Shown one piece after another: positions 1 to 10,282 of a stretch of 64,000 nucleotides of DNA. The notes beneath the pieces were generated by a model, which was not told the origin of the DNA, ran no database searches, and saw nothing but the letters and a program-made list of their open reading frames with translations. This DNA is from Candidatus Heimdallarchaeota archaeon. GTDB lineage: Archaea; Asgardarchaeota; Heimdallarchaeia; JABLTI01. Both the position numbers and the translations under genes were made by a program. Numbering within the stretch: the stretch's first letter is position 1; each line of letters opens with the position of its first letter. Location: assembly GCA_019056785.1 (NCBI GenBank), contig DXJV01000019.1:1-64000 (forward strand), read 5' to 3'.

Positions 1-3000
1 AAGAAGATAATTCTAATACATCCTCTCGTATCTTATCAGTTGAATCTGCAACGAAAGCATCACTTTTTTGTTGTCGAAGCTTAATACCTTCTTTGATCCA
101 TTGGTATTCCTCTCCACGCCGAATCTTTGAGATAACTACAGGTAAGGAATAATAAAGAATAATAAAACCAATTATTGAAATAAAGCCTATTATTAGCAAC
201 CGATTACGATTATTGATTTTATTATCATCAGGGTCAATAGGATTTGTTCCATCAATTAGTTCTTGACCATCAGTAATACCATCACCATCTGTATCTTCCA
301 TTAAGGGATTGGTTCCAAGGGCCACTTCTATCCCATCTATTATGCTATCGTCATCCGAGTCAAGGTCATGCGGATTAGTGAAAATAAGCTTGATTTCAGT
401 ATAGTCTGAAAGGCCATCTTCGTCTGTGTCAACGACATTAGGGAGTGTATAATAAACTGCAATTTCTTCGAAATCGGTGAGATTATCATTATCTGTATCT
501 AAAACCAACGGGTTAGCGTGATTAATATATTCCTCACCGTTTGAAATCCCATCGCCATCTGCATCCATTCCAGAATCATCTGTACGCGGATCAAGGCCAT
601 ATAACCATTCGAAATAGTCATTCATTCCATCACTATCTGTATCTATCACTGTTGGGTCAGAATGGAAATCAAGCTCGACATTATCTTCCAAAAGGTCATT
701 GTCTGAGTCTCTACTACTGGGATTTGTATGATACAAGTAGACTTCGACACCATCGATGAGGGTATCGCCATCAGAATCTATAATCAAGGGATTTGAACTG
801 TAAATATGCACCTCGAGATAATCATTTAAACCATCACCATCTGTGTCACTGTTTGTCGCATTGGTATGTAAAAAGATTAACTCCTCAAAATCATTTAGAC
901 CATCACCATCAGTATCTGCAAGAGCAGGATTTATGCCAAGAGAAAGTTCTTCTAAATCGTCGAAACCATCTCCATCTGAATCTTTGCTAAAGGGGTTAGT
1001 CCAAAGAAGCGACTCATTGTAATTTGTCAAGCCATCCTCGTCATAATCTAAGAGCTTGTCTGACTGGTTTTTACCATCTAAGCCGAAAAGGTATTCATAA
1101 CTGTCAAGCATGGCATCGCCATCAGTATCGTTGTTATTTGGATCAAGAGCAACATCGTTATTAATCTCCACATTGTCATTTAGTCCATCGAAATCAGAAT
1201 CAGTAAAAAGAGGGTTTGTATGTACATAGCCGGTAGTATTTGCCCCTGGATTCAAGGGCCTATAGAAGCCGGCCACCTCCTTGCCATCCACCAATCCATC
1301 GGAATCGGTGTGTTTTTCAAGTGGTTTTGTCCCCCAGATCATCACTTCTTCATAATCTGTTAGCCCATCCAAATCCGAGTCTTTTTGGTTGGGGAAGGTG
1401 GACCACTGAAATTCATAAAGATTGATGAGCCCGTCTCCATCGGGGTCAGCTGCCGTATCATTGCTTAAAATATCCATGACAGAGTGATAAACGTATTCAT
1501 ACCAATCGAGCATTGTGTCATTATCTGTGTCAATGGAAGTAGGGTTAGAACCCAACTCGTTCACTTCAATGCCATCATCTATCTTATCACCGTCCGAATC
1601 AACATTTAAAGGATCAGAAAAATAGACCCGCGTTTCATTATAATCATCAACATTATCAAAATCAGTATCACTATTATTAGCTGAAGTGCCCAATAAGAAT
1701 TCTTCAATGTTCAATAAGGAATCATTATCTGCATCCCCCAGCGTATCATTCACATAAGGGTTTAAACCATTATAATATTCATAACCATCAAACATTGTAT
1801 CATTATCTTCATCAGGATCAAATGGGTCAAACCCCAAATTAATTTCCTGGCCATCTAAAAACATATCACCATCTGTATCCGGGTTTAAGGGGTCTGTGCC
1901 ATATGTTTCTGTCTCTTCAACATCAACAAGGCCGTCCTCATCTGTATCAACCCAACCTTTTCGATAATACACAATAACGTCGGTGTCATTTTGCGCCACC
2001 CAAACAAGATGAACGTTTCCCTTTTGGTCGAGATTCATGTGGGGATATTGTACATATGCATCTTCCGCTGTAATGGGAATTTCTGAGCCCCAACTATTAC
2101 TAATAGGTGAAAAAGTTCGTATATACAATGTTGCTTTTGTGCCATCATCATATGTGACATAATTCCAGGCAACACTTATCCGATCGTTTTGGTCTATAAC
2201 ACCAGTGATTGTACATTTTTGAGCCAATTTACTGGAAATTTTCTTTGCTTGAGTCCAGCTACCATCTTCACTTTTTCGTTGATAATGGAGTTGGAACGTT
2301 TCATCCGGCATGGGTATTTGGTAGAAGAAATGACTATTCCCATCCCAATTGCTTAAGAGAAGTGGTTGAGCTATCTTAAAATAGGAGTGTGGGATTTCTT
2401 CTGCAAGATAATAAGAGCTATATTCAAATGGTTCTGTAATATTCTTTTTCTCTAGGAGAGTATTTTGAATGTAATAAGAGGGGTGCCAATATCCTTGTTG
2501 ATAGATCATTGATTGGAAGAGAAAGGATTTTTCAAGATTATTTTCATAGGAGATGAGGTAATTATAGTTAAATGCTTTCATATAATATGAATAATATTGT
2601 GAGATGTCGATTTTTTCGGTTTGCCATTCATCTTTTGTGGGGTTAAAAATAGCCAAATAATAATTAAGAGAGTATGATTGAATGCTATGGAAAAGAACTT
2701 TTGGAATGCTTTCATTGTTAATTTCTAATTTTGGAGACAAGCCATAAGCCACCGAATAAATTTTGGACCATTGGCTATTGTTAAAATAGCGGTAATTTAT
2801 GCCATTACTTGTCGTCTCCCAGACAATATGAATTCCTCCAGAGGGGTCATTTTGAACATCCATTAACCCCTCATAATTTGTTGTTGTCTTTCCAAAATTG
2901 TCAGTGCCGCTCCATGAGCCATTTAAAAACTTGATTTTATGATAAAGAACCCAATCGTCTCCTGAACGTCCCGACCAAAAGATATGGGCATTACCAAATG

Positions 3001-3283
3001 CATCAGCAACGACTTTCAGTTCGTTTAGTGGCTGATTTCTAATAACAATTTCCTCTTCTAACCAGCCGAAGCTGCCTTTATGCTCGAAACTATCCGGAAG
3101 CTGCAAGGTACTGTTATAACTGTTCTTCCTTTGTTCGGTTTTCCCTGAGCTTTCTTGAGGGGGCAGACTGTTTGGGTTGGGAAGGCTATTAGCTACTAAA
3201 GTATAATTTATTATCAGTATCAATATAATTGCAAGAGTTGTTAACGACACCCCACAAAGTATAATTTTCTTCTTAAAACCCAT
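1..3283 (-). CDS. Large membrane-anchored surface protein: N-terminal signal/TM, putative beta-propeller region, ~24 DxDxDG (thrombospondin type-3-like, Ca-binding) repeats, TM, cytoplasmic tail; 3' end outside window
   Basis: Not in the ORF track because it has no stop in the window. ATG at 3283 reads MGFKKKIILCGVSLTTLAIILILIINY. The frame was open in every segment I translated down to position 2. Repeats such as DTDGDGLNDFEE..TNP lie at ~230-1950. Hydrophobic LLIIGFISIIGFIILYYSLPVVI lies at ~130-200. Confidence 0.88.
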   Translation of the reverse strand, partial: MGFKKKIILCGVSLTTLAIILILIINYTLVANSLPNPNSLPPQESSGKTEQRKNSYNSTLQLPDSFEHKGSFGWLEEEIVIRNQPLNELKVVADAFGNAHIFWSGRSGDDWVLYHKIKFLNGSWSGTDNFGKTTTNYEGLMDVQNDPSGGIHIVWETTSNGINYRYFNNSQWSKIYSVAYGLSPKLEINNESIPKVLFHSIQSYSLNYYLAIFNPTKDEWQTEKIDISQYYSYYMKAFNYNYLISYENNLEKSFLFQSMIYQQGYWHPSYYIQNTLLEKKNITEPFEYSSYYLAEEIPHSYFKIAQPLLLSNWDGNSHFFYQIPMPDETFQLHYQRKSEDGSWTQAKKISSKLAQKCTITGVIDQNDRISVAWNYVTYDDGTKATLYIRTFSPISNSWGSEIPITAEDAYVQYPHMNLDQKGNVHLVWVAQNDTDVIVYYRKGWVDTDEDGLVDVEETETYGTDPLNPDTDGDMFLDGQEINLGFDPFDPDEDNDTMFDGYEYYNGLNPYVNDTLGDADNDSLLNIEEFLLGTSANNSDTDFDNVDDYNETRVYFSDPLNVDSDGDKIDDGIEVNELGSNPTSIDTDNDTMLDWYEYVYHSVMDILSNDTAADPDGDGLINLYEFQWSTFPNQKDSDLDGLTDYEEVMIWGTKPLEKHTDSDGLVDGKEVAGFYRPLNPGANTTGYVHTNPLFTDSDFDGLNDNVEINNDVALDPNNNDTDGDAMLDSYEYLFGLDGKNQSDKLLDYDEDGLTNYNESLLWTNPFSKDSDGDGFDDLEELSLGINPALADTDGDGLNDFEELIFLHTNATNSDTDGDGLNDYLEVHIYSSNPLIIDSDGDTLIDGVEVYLYHTNPSSRDSDNDLLEDNVELDFHSDPTVIDTDSDGMNDYFEWLYGLDPRTDDSGMDADGDGISNGEEYINHANPLVLDTDNDNLTDFEEIAVYYTLPNVVDTDEDGLSDYTEIKLIFTNPHDLDSDDDSIIDGIEVALGTNPLMEDTDGDGITDGQELIDGTNPIDPDDNKINNRNRLLIIGFISIIGFIILYYSLPVVISKIRRGEEYQWIKEGIKLRQQKSDAFVADSTDKIREDVLELSS
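230..1950 (-). repeat. Intragenic Asp-rich peptide repeats (D-[TS]-D-x-D-G-x-x-D-x-x-E...[TS]-[ND]-P), ~24 units of ~22-25 aa
   Basis: Manual translation of the minus strand; recurrent atcaccatctgtatc-like DNA on the + strand. Confidence 0.85.
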
Positions 3284-3545
3284 TAAAAACACTCATCACA
3301 TTTATTAATAGAAGAATGTTTCCAAACTATTCTTTAGAATCTTACGATAAATCTTTCAATGAGCTTTTTGCTAATCATTTTTTAGTTCCAACGAACATTT
3401 TATTAAGAACGATGAACCTTCTCCAGACAACTCCGAGTTTATCTTTTCCTCGGTCGAAAGAAAGTGAAAAGAGCAGTTAATGCAGTTCTACAATGTTTCA
3501 TTGAAGGACAAGATTAAACGAACTAAAAAGAACGAGGAATGAGTT

Positions 3546-4487
3546 ATGAATTTAAAAGGTCGTCATCTTTTAACACTATTAGACTATTCACCAGAAGAGA
3601 TTCTTTATTTATTAGATCTTGCAGACGAATTGAAAGCAGAGTATCGGAAATACGGTGGTCATCCGAATCGGAAACCACTGAAGAAAAGTCTTGGCATGAT
3701 GTTTGAAAAGACATCAACCAGAACGCGAGTCTCTTTTGAAACGGGCATATGGGAACTTGGGGGCCAACCCCTCTTCCTGAGTTTCCGGGACACACAACTT
3801 GTCGGAACAGGTGAAACACCTGCAGATACAGCTAAAGTTCTTTCACGGTATCTTGGAGGAATTATGGCTCGGGTCTATAAACATGAAACATTAACAGCCT
3901 TGGCTGAACATGCTACCATCCCTGTCATCAATGGCCTATGCAATCTGTATCATCCCTGCCAGATTTTAGCAGACCTCCAAACCATCCGCGAGCACAAAAA
4001 GAAACTGAAAGGTTTGAAGCTCGTCTATGTTGGCGATGGCAATAACGTTTGTCATTCATTAATGATTGGTTGCACGAAAGTTGGTATGAATGTCACCGTT
4101 GTCTGCCCAGACGATTACAAACCAAATGAAGAAATAACAAAGAAAGTTCAAGCTCTTGCCCAGAAATATGACACTAAACTGGAGATAACAAACGACATTC
4201 CTTCCGGCGTGAAAGATGCCGATGTTGTTTACACTGACACGTGGGTTTCCATGGGCGATGAAGCTCAAAAGGAGATCCGCTTGAAAGCCTTTAAGGGCTT
4301 TACCGTTGACGCCAAACTTATGAGCTATGCTAAACCAGATGCAATCTTTATGCACTGCTTGCCGGCGCATCGTGGCTACGAAGTTGCAGATGAAGTCATA
4401 GATAGCAAACAAAGTGTAGTGTTTGATGAAGCAGAGAATCGGAAACACGCACAAAAAGCCGTAATGCTCTCTTTAATGAGTGATTAG
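3546..4487 (+). CDS. argF: Ornithine carbamoyltransferase
   Basis: STRT carbamoyl-phosphate motif, HPCQ, DTWVSMG, HCLP, DEAENR. Confidence 0.97.
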   Translation: MNLKGRHLLTLLDYSPEEILYLLDLADELKAEYRKYGGHPNRKPLKKSLGMMFEKTSTRTRVSFETGIWELGGQPLFLSFRDTQLVGTGETPADTAKVLSRYLGGIMARVYKHETLTALAEHATIPVINGLCNLYHPCQILADLQTIREHKKKLKGLKLVYVGDGNNVCHSLMIGCTKVGMNVTVVCPDDYKPNEEITKKVQALAQKYDTKLEITNDIPSGVKDADVVYTDTWVSMGDEAQKEIRLKAFKGFTVDAKLMSYAKPDAIFMHCLPAHRGYEVADEVIDSKQSVVFDEAENRKHAQKAVMLSLMSD

Positions 4488-4624
4488 ATATAAAAAAAAG
4501 GGATCCTTTCCCTTTCTTATTTTCTTTTTGATAAACAACACTTGTAAAACTCTTTAAATTCAGAGTAGGCAATTCTTTATGAAACAAATGCCCATTGTAA
4601 GCATTTTATTCCAGGCGATGAAAA

Positions 4625-5482
4625 GTGTCTTTTAAAGAACCTGTGATAGTTACCTCACCTGTCAATATTTGTGGTCGGAATATTCGGAAAGCTCTTTTGG
4701 AACTTCTTGACTGGGAAGAAACCTCTGAATCGTTTGATGGAAACCCAATTCTAAGGCATAAGAATATTCGTCTTGTTCTCTCAAAGAAGGATATAATCGA
4801 GACTGATAATTGTGATTCTCTTGGAGCTGACTTGTTAATTTTTGGTTCTCGGCATAAAAGCGAAGCACAAAGAGCAAGTTTATTAACTCACATCCCAGGC
4901 AATCTTGGGAAAGACAATAGTTATGGGGGCAATCCTTTAGAATTGGCTGTCGCAAGTACGAGAGCAATTCGCGAGGCATATTTAACTCTGAAGCAGGAAC
5001 ATGCTGTAACGCCGGAACTTGAGTCATTTGATGTTACTGTCGAAGCAACCCATCATGGTCCCACAAATATGCAGACACCTTTGATTTTCATTGAGGTCGG
5101 GAGCACCATCACAGAATATCAAAATCCCTTTGCTATTCATGCGGTTGCAAAAACAATCCTTTCCCTCTGTACTAATAAGCCTACACAAGAGATCATCCCA
5201 AGTATTTGTTTTGGAGGAGGGCATTATGCTACACGCTTCAATGAATTAATGGAATTGACATCGGTTGCTGTGGGGCATATCCTACCAAAATACCAGAAAG
5301 ACAATCTTACTGTTGAAATTGTTGAGCAGATGATTGCCAAAACAATTGAGCCTGTGCGTTTGGCCATTGTAGATCGGAGTAGCCTAAATGCTACACAAAT
5401 CCAGGTGATAAAAGACGCATGTTCTCCTCATGGTATAGAGGTTGTTAAAGCAAAGGATGTTAAATATGGTAAAATCATCTAA
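4625..5482 (+). CDS. dtdA: Archaeal D-aminoacyl-tRNA deacylase (DTD2/GEK1 family)
   Basis: SRH, EATHHGP, FIEVGS, GGGHY and GHILPKY motifs; GTG start. Confidence 0.9.
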   Translation: MSFKEPVIVTSPVNICGRNIRKALLELLDWEETSESFDGNPILRHKNIRLVLSKKDIIETDNCDSLGADLLIFGSRHKSEAQRASLLTHIPGNLGKDNSYGGNPLELAVASTRAIREAYLTLKQEHAVTPELESFDVTVEATHHGPTNMQTPLIFIEVGSTITEYQNPFAIHAVAKTILSLCTNKPTQEIIPSICFGGGHYATRFNELMELTSVAVGHILPKYQKDNLTVEIVEQMIAKTIEPVRLAIVDRSSLNATQIQVIKDACSPHGIEVVKAKDVKYGKII

Positions 5483-5490
5483 AATTTTGC

Positions 5491-5919
5491 CTATTCTTTA
5501 ATTTTATCCTGCTTTTTTCGTTCTTCTGCAAGTTTTTGTTGAGCATCTTTACAACGCTTATACCACAAAATTTCGTAATCATCGTGAGGGATAATTCTTG
5601 ATTCTAAATCGGCAATTGAAAGTATGCCAGCTTCTTTGCACCATTGCACGCAAATTTCGTACATCTCCCAATCTAGTTCTTCTGTTTCCCAGACAACGTT
5701 AATTGTTTCCATGCCGGTAAGATAGGCGACAAGGGCACGTGTGTGCCCATCGACAAAGATGATTTCCCCATTTAATTCTTTGATTGGAATAACACCAAAA
5801 GACCCCAGGTCGGTATCGAGGGGGTCGAACACTTTTTGGACTGCTTTTAACTTCCTTTTGCTTATGTATAATTGACTGGGTTGTATCTTGTCAATCTCGA
5901 GGGTAAAATAGTCAAGCAT
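5491..5919 (-). CDS. Small ParB/sulfiredoxin-like domain protein
   Basis: IQPSQLYIS and IFVDGHTRAL match ParB N-terminal-like motifs. Confidence 0.6.
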   Translation of the reverse strand: MLDYFTLEIDKIQPSQLYISKRKLKAVQKVFDPLDTDLGSFGVIPIKELNGEIIFVDGHTRALVAYLTGMETINVVWETEELDWEMYEICVQWCKEAGILSIADLESRIIPHDDYEILWYKRCKDAQQKLAEERKKQDKIKE

Positions 5920-5928
5920 ATGTACAAC

Positions 5929-7092
5929 TCATTCTTTCTCTTTAAAAAAATCATCTAGCGTTTGGTCTTTTTTCACTCGTACAGTTGCTGGAGAGCTCGG
6001 AAGGCTCACATCCATAGCTGGGCTCACGCGGGGGGTTTTTGTGTGTAAATCAGTCAATTTTTCTTTACTTTGAGCCGCATAAAGTCTGTTTTGTTCCAAG
6101 CTATTTCCCTTTAAGGATTGCGCCGGAATGCCCAACTCTCGAGAAATTGCTTTTGCCAACTGCTTTTCAAATCCATACAATGTGAAAACAACATCAGGGG
6201 CAACTGCATCTACATACTCGAGTATTTCTCGGTAACTGGCATGAGAAGATAGCGGAAAAGCGGCATCAAAGTCCTTAAAATTAAAGCGCGAAGCCATTCC
6301 TGTGACAATAGCACTTTTGAAATTCTTATGCTCTTTAAGATAGAAGGGAACGATCTTTTTCGAGCGGGACTGAATTATAACCACCTCTCCATCACGAATG
6401 AGTTCTCTTCCTTCTTCGGACTTAGAATCAAAAAACTCTAATGGAACACCATATTTCCGATAAATTTCAGAGGGAGGGGTAACATCACCATGGGTTATGA
6501 CCCGGAGTTTTGTGAAATCGTTAAAGAGTTTAATTAATTCTTGGGCAGATCCAATCTTCCCAGCTGAGAGAATGACGTTTTGCTTGTCTTTAATCACTTC
6601 TGCTGACCATTTTAGAATTGCTAAAGCGATTTCTTCGCGGGATTGAAAGGTCAATTCTGGTTTTCCGAAAGTTGCCTCCACAACAAGAATATCTGTGTGT
6701 TTAACCTCGAGCGGCTCCTTTACAGTCAAAAGCCCCCTGCCGCCAATGTCTCCTGAACAGAGAATTGTTTTGTCATGATATTTCAGAAACACAGAAGCTG
6801 AACCAAGAATATGTCCCGAAGGAAGAAACTCGGCTTGCAAGCCTGCAATTTCAGGTTGGAAAGTTAACTCTTCATGAAATGCTGTGGGAATGAAATTCCG
6901 TCGGACAGACGATTTCATTTGGCTATAAAAAAGGTCAATCGTTTCCCGGGTGGCAAAGGTGGGGTTTGCAAATGGTAATGTCCCGAAATGGTCTGAATGT
7001 GCATGAGTTATTATTAAATTTGACTTTAAAGAAAAGTGGTTTCCCCTGCCATCAACTATTAATTGCTGATTTTCCGGGAAAGAAAAGACCAA
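5929..7092 (-). CDS. Metallo-beta-lactamase/beta-CASP nuclease (ligase-associated exonuclease/SNM1-like) with C-terminal PIP-like tail
   Basis: THAHSDH, SGHILGSA, SGD, EATFG, LSSHA; C-terminus DQTLDDFF. Confidence 0.8.
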   Translation of the reverse strand: MVFSFPENQQLIVDGRGNHFSLKSNLIITHAHSDHFGTLPFANPTFATRETIDLFYSQMKSSVRRNFIPTAFHEELTFQPEIAGLQAEFLPSGHILGSASVFLKYHDKTILCSGDIGGRGLLTVKEPLEVKHTDILVVEATFGKPELTFQSREEIALAILKWSAEVIKDKQNVILSAGKIGSAQELIKLFNDFTKLRVITHGDVTPPSEIYRKYGVPLEFFDSKSEEGRELIRDGEVVIIQSRSKKIVPFYLKEHKNFKSAIVTGMASRFNFKDFDAAFPLSSHASYREILEYVDAVAPDVVFTLYGFEKQLAKAISRELGIPAQSLKGNSLEQNRLYAAQSKEKLTDLHTKTPRVSPAMDVSLPSSPATVRVKKDQTLDDFFKEKE

Positions 7093-7245
7093 GCCGTTTT
7101 TAAAGTAGAAATTGAAAATTGTTTGATTCCACCTATTTCTCCTATTTTAAGGGAGCATTTGTTCTTCATTAATTTATCGACCATTGAAAAGCATTCTTTG
7201 GAAGAGTAAAAGAAAAAGGAAAAAAGATTTCTTCCTTCCAAGAAA

Positions 7246-9378
7246 CTATTTTTGTTTGGTAAGAGTTATTCGAGCATCTACAACGGAGGCTTTGTCTTCC
7301 ATGGCAAACATTGGATTAATATCCAGCTCTTTAATGTCGTCGACTTGGGATACTAGTTGACTGATGACGTAAATTGCATGTTTAAGATCGTCGATATTGG
7401 CCGGTTTCTGCCCTCGGGCGCCATAAAGCATATCCCGTGTTTTGATGCCATCTATCATGTGCTGAGCCTCTTCCAATGAGAAAGGCGCCACACGGAAGAC
7501 AACATCCTTAAGAATTTCGACATAAATTCCGCCAAGACCGAACATTACTGTTGGGCCGAAGGTTGGGTCGCGTGTTACGCCAATGATAACTTCTGTTGCT
7601 TTGGGTTCCATGTGTGAAATGATGACGCCACGAATATTTGCTTTGGGATTATAGGCTTTTGCGTTCTCTATAATTTTATCAAAAGTCTGTTCGACTTCTG
7701 ATAAGTCCTTAATGCCTATGAAGACTCCTCCTGCATCACTCTTATGAATTATGTCTTCAGAGACGATTTTCATGACTACAGGAAAGCCTACTTTCTGGGC
7801 GATATTAATAGCCTTATCTTTCGTCTTTGCAAGACCGTAATTTGGAACATGAAGATTGCAAAGTTTGAAAATTTCTTTTGCCTCATGCTCGAGCATTTGC
7901 ACTCGACCTTCTTTTCGGACCTTAGCAATAATGGCTTTAATTTTGTCGAGAGGCAATTTCAAGCCATTTGGTTTTCCTAGTTTTGTTGTCCGTTCCACGA
8001 AATTCGACCATCGATAAAGTGCACTCAAAGAGGAAATCGCTTTCTCAGGCAAGTCATAAGCGGGGATGTCATTTTCATTTAATTTATCAACCATCTCATC
8101 AACAGCCACACCACCAATACTTGCAATGACAAAAGGCTTTGCTTTTTTGTATTTCTTAACAACTTCGATGATATAATCTGCCAATAAATCAGGATTTGTT
8201 GTTGCCGTTTGACAATAGAGTACTACAATGGCATCTATCTCAGGTGCTGCAAATGCTGCTTCCATTGCTTTCTTATACGCTAATTCCCCACCACCGCCTG
8301 TGATATCCACCGGGTTCTTAGTGGAGCCAAATGGAGGCATGATTTCTGGTTTAAAGAAGAGCTCTTTGAGCTTTTCTTGATCATTGTAGAGTTCAAGGTT
8401 ATAGTCATCGCAGGCATCTGTTGCCATCACCCCTACGCCACCACCATTGGTAATGATAACAACATTCTTCCCTTTTGGTCTGGGGTTATTAGTGATACAT
8501 CGAGCCCAGTCAAAAGCCTCTGATGCGTCAATTGCGCGTAAAACACCTACTTGTTCGAAAGCTGCAGAATAGACTTTGTCAGAGCCCGCCAAGCTTCCTG
8601 TGTGACTGGCAGCGGCCAAGGCACCCCGTTTAGACCGACCGGATTTTAAGGCAATAATCGGTTTTTTTAAGCCCACTTCTCGAAAGACTTCCATGGATCT
8701 TCGACCATCATGCAACCCTTCGATATACAATAAGAGTGCCTTAGTGTTCGGGTCATCTTTTAGAAAGTTCTCCAGAAGTTCACTTTCTCCTATCTGTGCT
8801 TTGTTGCCAATACTAATAATAGACGATAAGCCGATTTTGTTAGTGATTGTCCAACCCATAAGTGCAATTCCCAGCGCGCCACTTTGTGTAATAAATGCCA
8901 GCTTCCCGGGTTTTACATCTGCAGGGCCGAAGGAAGCATTCAAACGGGAGGGAGCATAAACAATGCCAAAGATATTGGGACCAATGAATGGCATGTTATA
9001 TTTTTCAGCTATTTCGACAAGTTTGTGTTCCGTTTCGAAATCGCCAACTTCGCCAAAACCACTGGTAATCAGAGCCACACATTTAACTCCTTTCTTACCA
9101 CATTCCTCAAAAACATCAAGAACATATTTCGCCGGAATAGAAATGATGGCAAAATCAACTTCACCTGGAACATCAGAAATGCTTCGATAAACTTTCTTCC
9201 CGAGGATTTCTGTCTCCCGCAGGTTAATTGGGTAGAGTTCTCCGTTAAACCCATAGGAGATAATATTATCCATTATTTCGTAACCAATTTTCCCCGGCTT
9301 TTTGGAAGCTCCGATTACTGCAATGCTTTTTGGCTTGAACATATATTTCAAGCCTGGATATTTTGTAATTTTTAACAC
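7246..9378 (-). CDS. acd: ADP-forming acetate/acyl-CoA ligase, fused alpha-beta
   Basis: PKSIAVIGAS, GPN, QSGALG, SHTGSLAG (phospho-His), TNGGG, NPVD; C-terminal ATP-grasp (HKSDAGGV, ELDINP). Confidence 0.93.
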   Translation of the reverse strand: MLKITKYPGLKYMFKPKSIAVIGASKKPGKIGYEIMDNIISYGFNGELYPINLRETEILGKKVYRSISDVPGEVDFAIISIPAKYVLDVFEECGKKGVKCVALITSGFGEVGDFETEHKLVEIAEKYNMPFIGPNIFGIVYAPSRLNASFGPADVKPGKLAFITQSGALGIALMGWTITNKIGLSSIISIGNKAQIGESELLENFLKDDPNTKALLLYIEGLHDGRRSMEVFREVGLKKPIIALKSGRSKRGALAAASHTGSLAGSDKVYSAAFEQVGVLRAIDASEAFDWARCITNNPRPKGKNVVIITNGGGVGVMATDACDDYNLELYNDQEKLKELFFKPEIMPPFGSTKNPVDITGGGGELAYKKAMEAAFAAPEIDAIVVLYCQTATTNPDLLADYIIEVVKKYKKAKPFVIASIGGVAVDEMVDKLNENDIPAYDLPEKAISSLSALYRWSNFVERTTKLGKPNGLKLPLDKIKAIIAKVRKEGRVQMLEHEAKEIFKLCNLHVPNYGLAKTKDKAINIAQKVGFPVVMKIVSEDIIHKSDAGGVFIGIKDLSEVEQTFDKIIENAKAYNPKANIRGVIISHMEPKATEVIIGVTRDPTFGPTVMFGLGGIYVEILKDVVFRVAPFSLEEAQHMIDGIKTRDMLYGARGQKPANIDDLKHAIYVISQLVSQVDDIKELDINPMFAMEDKASVVDARITLTKQK

Positions 9379-9559
9379 CTCTTACATAGTTTCAATTGTC
9401 ATAAGTATATTCTATTGAAACCTCGAAACCATCCAGCAAGTATTACTGCATGATTTTTTGTCGTTATTCTTCACTCAAGGCAAGTCATACTCACATGCCT
9501 TATTCACAATCAAAAAGAATAAGAAAAATAAAAGTTTGGGTGAGGTCAGAATATCGATT

Positions 9560-10051
9560 CTACCCCAACCGGCTGTCATAGACGCCCTGGTCAATTTCTT
9601 TCTGCACTTCGCAGGGGTCTTTTCCCTCACAGGAAACCTTGCAGCTGAGCATCGTTCCAAGAATTTCTTTTACAAGGGCTTTTTTTGTTGAAGCAATACT
9701 TCCTTCTCGCTTAATTTCAGCAATTTTCAAAACTTGATCCATAGTCAGATTTCCAACAAATGGTTCTTCAGGAGCCTCTTCTGTGGAGCCCTTTCCACCT
9801 TTCTGTAATCCAGCCTCTTTAAGAATCAAGCCACTTGTAGTTGGAATCCCTACCTTTAGCTCAAAACTTTTGTCAGGATGAATGACAATTGTAACCGGTA
9901 CTTTCATACCTGCAAATTTGGCAGTTTCTTGATTGATTTTACTAATAACCGCACCAATGTTTACTCCAGTTGGTCCTAATGCAGGGCCTAATGGTGGCGC
10001 CGGCGTGGCTTTTCCGCCTTCGATAAGGCATTTAATTTCCTCATTGGCCAT
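9560..10051 (-). CDS. rpl11: Ribosomal protein uL11
   Basis: GGKATPAPPLGPALGPTGVN, GMKVPV, archaeal-type C-terminus. Confidence 0.97.
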   Translation of the reverse strand: MANEEIKCLIEGGKATPAPPLGPALGPTGVNIGAVISKINQETAKFAGMKVPVTIVIHPDKSFELKVGIPTTSGLILKEAGLQKGGKGSTEEAPEEPFVGNLTMDQVLKIAEIKREGSIASTKKALVKEILGTMLSCKVSCEGKDPCEVQKEIDQGVYDSRLG

Positions 10052-10282
10052 TTTTGTACACCTAATATTTATTACATAACGATTAGCAAGTCATAAACTA
10101 TATTACGGTCGACTTGGAATGTTTATTTAAGACTTTTCTTTCACTTGATTATTTGTTGCTGGGGTATGTTTGTCAATTAGCATATCATTTGTTTATAAAT
10201 ATTGACTCTTCCTCTTGGTTATCCGCAATAAAAAGCTTTTTTTCTAATGTTATTACAAAAATATGTAAAGGATGAGTTAAAT

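Noticed and set aside
541-1425. His/Leu-rich short + strand ORFs in the track
   Set aside because: They are antisense shadows of the Asp-rich repeats of the large minus-strand gene.
230-1950. Periodic DNA repeats as a possible CRISPR array
   Set aside because: The repeats are degenerate at the DNA level, in frame and conserved as peptide. There are no identical direct repeats with unique spacers and no cas genes.
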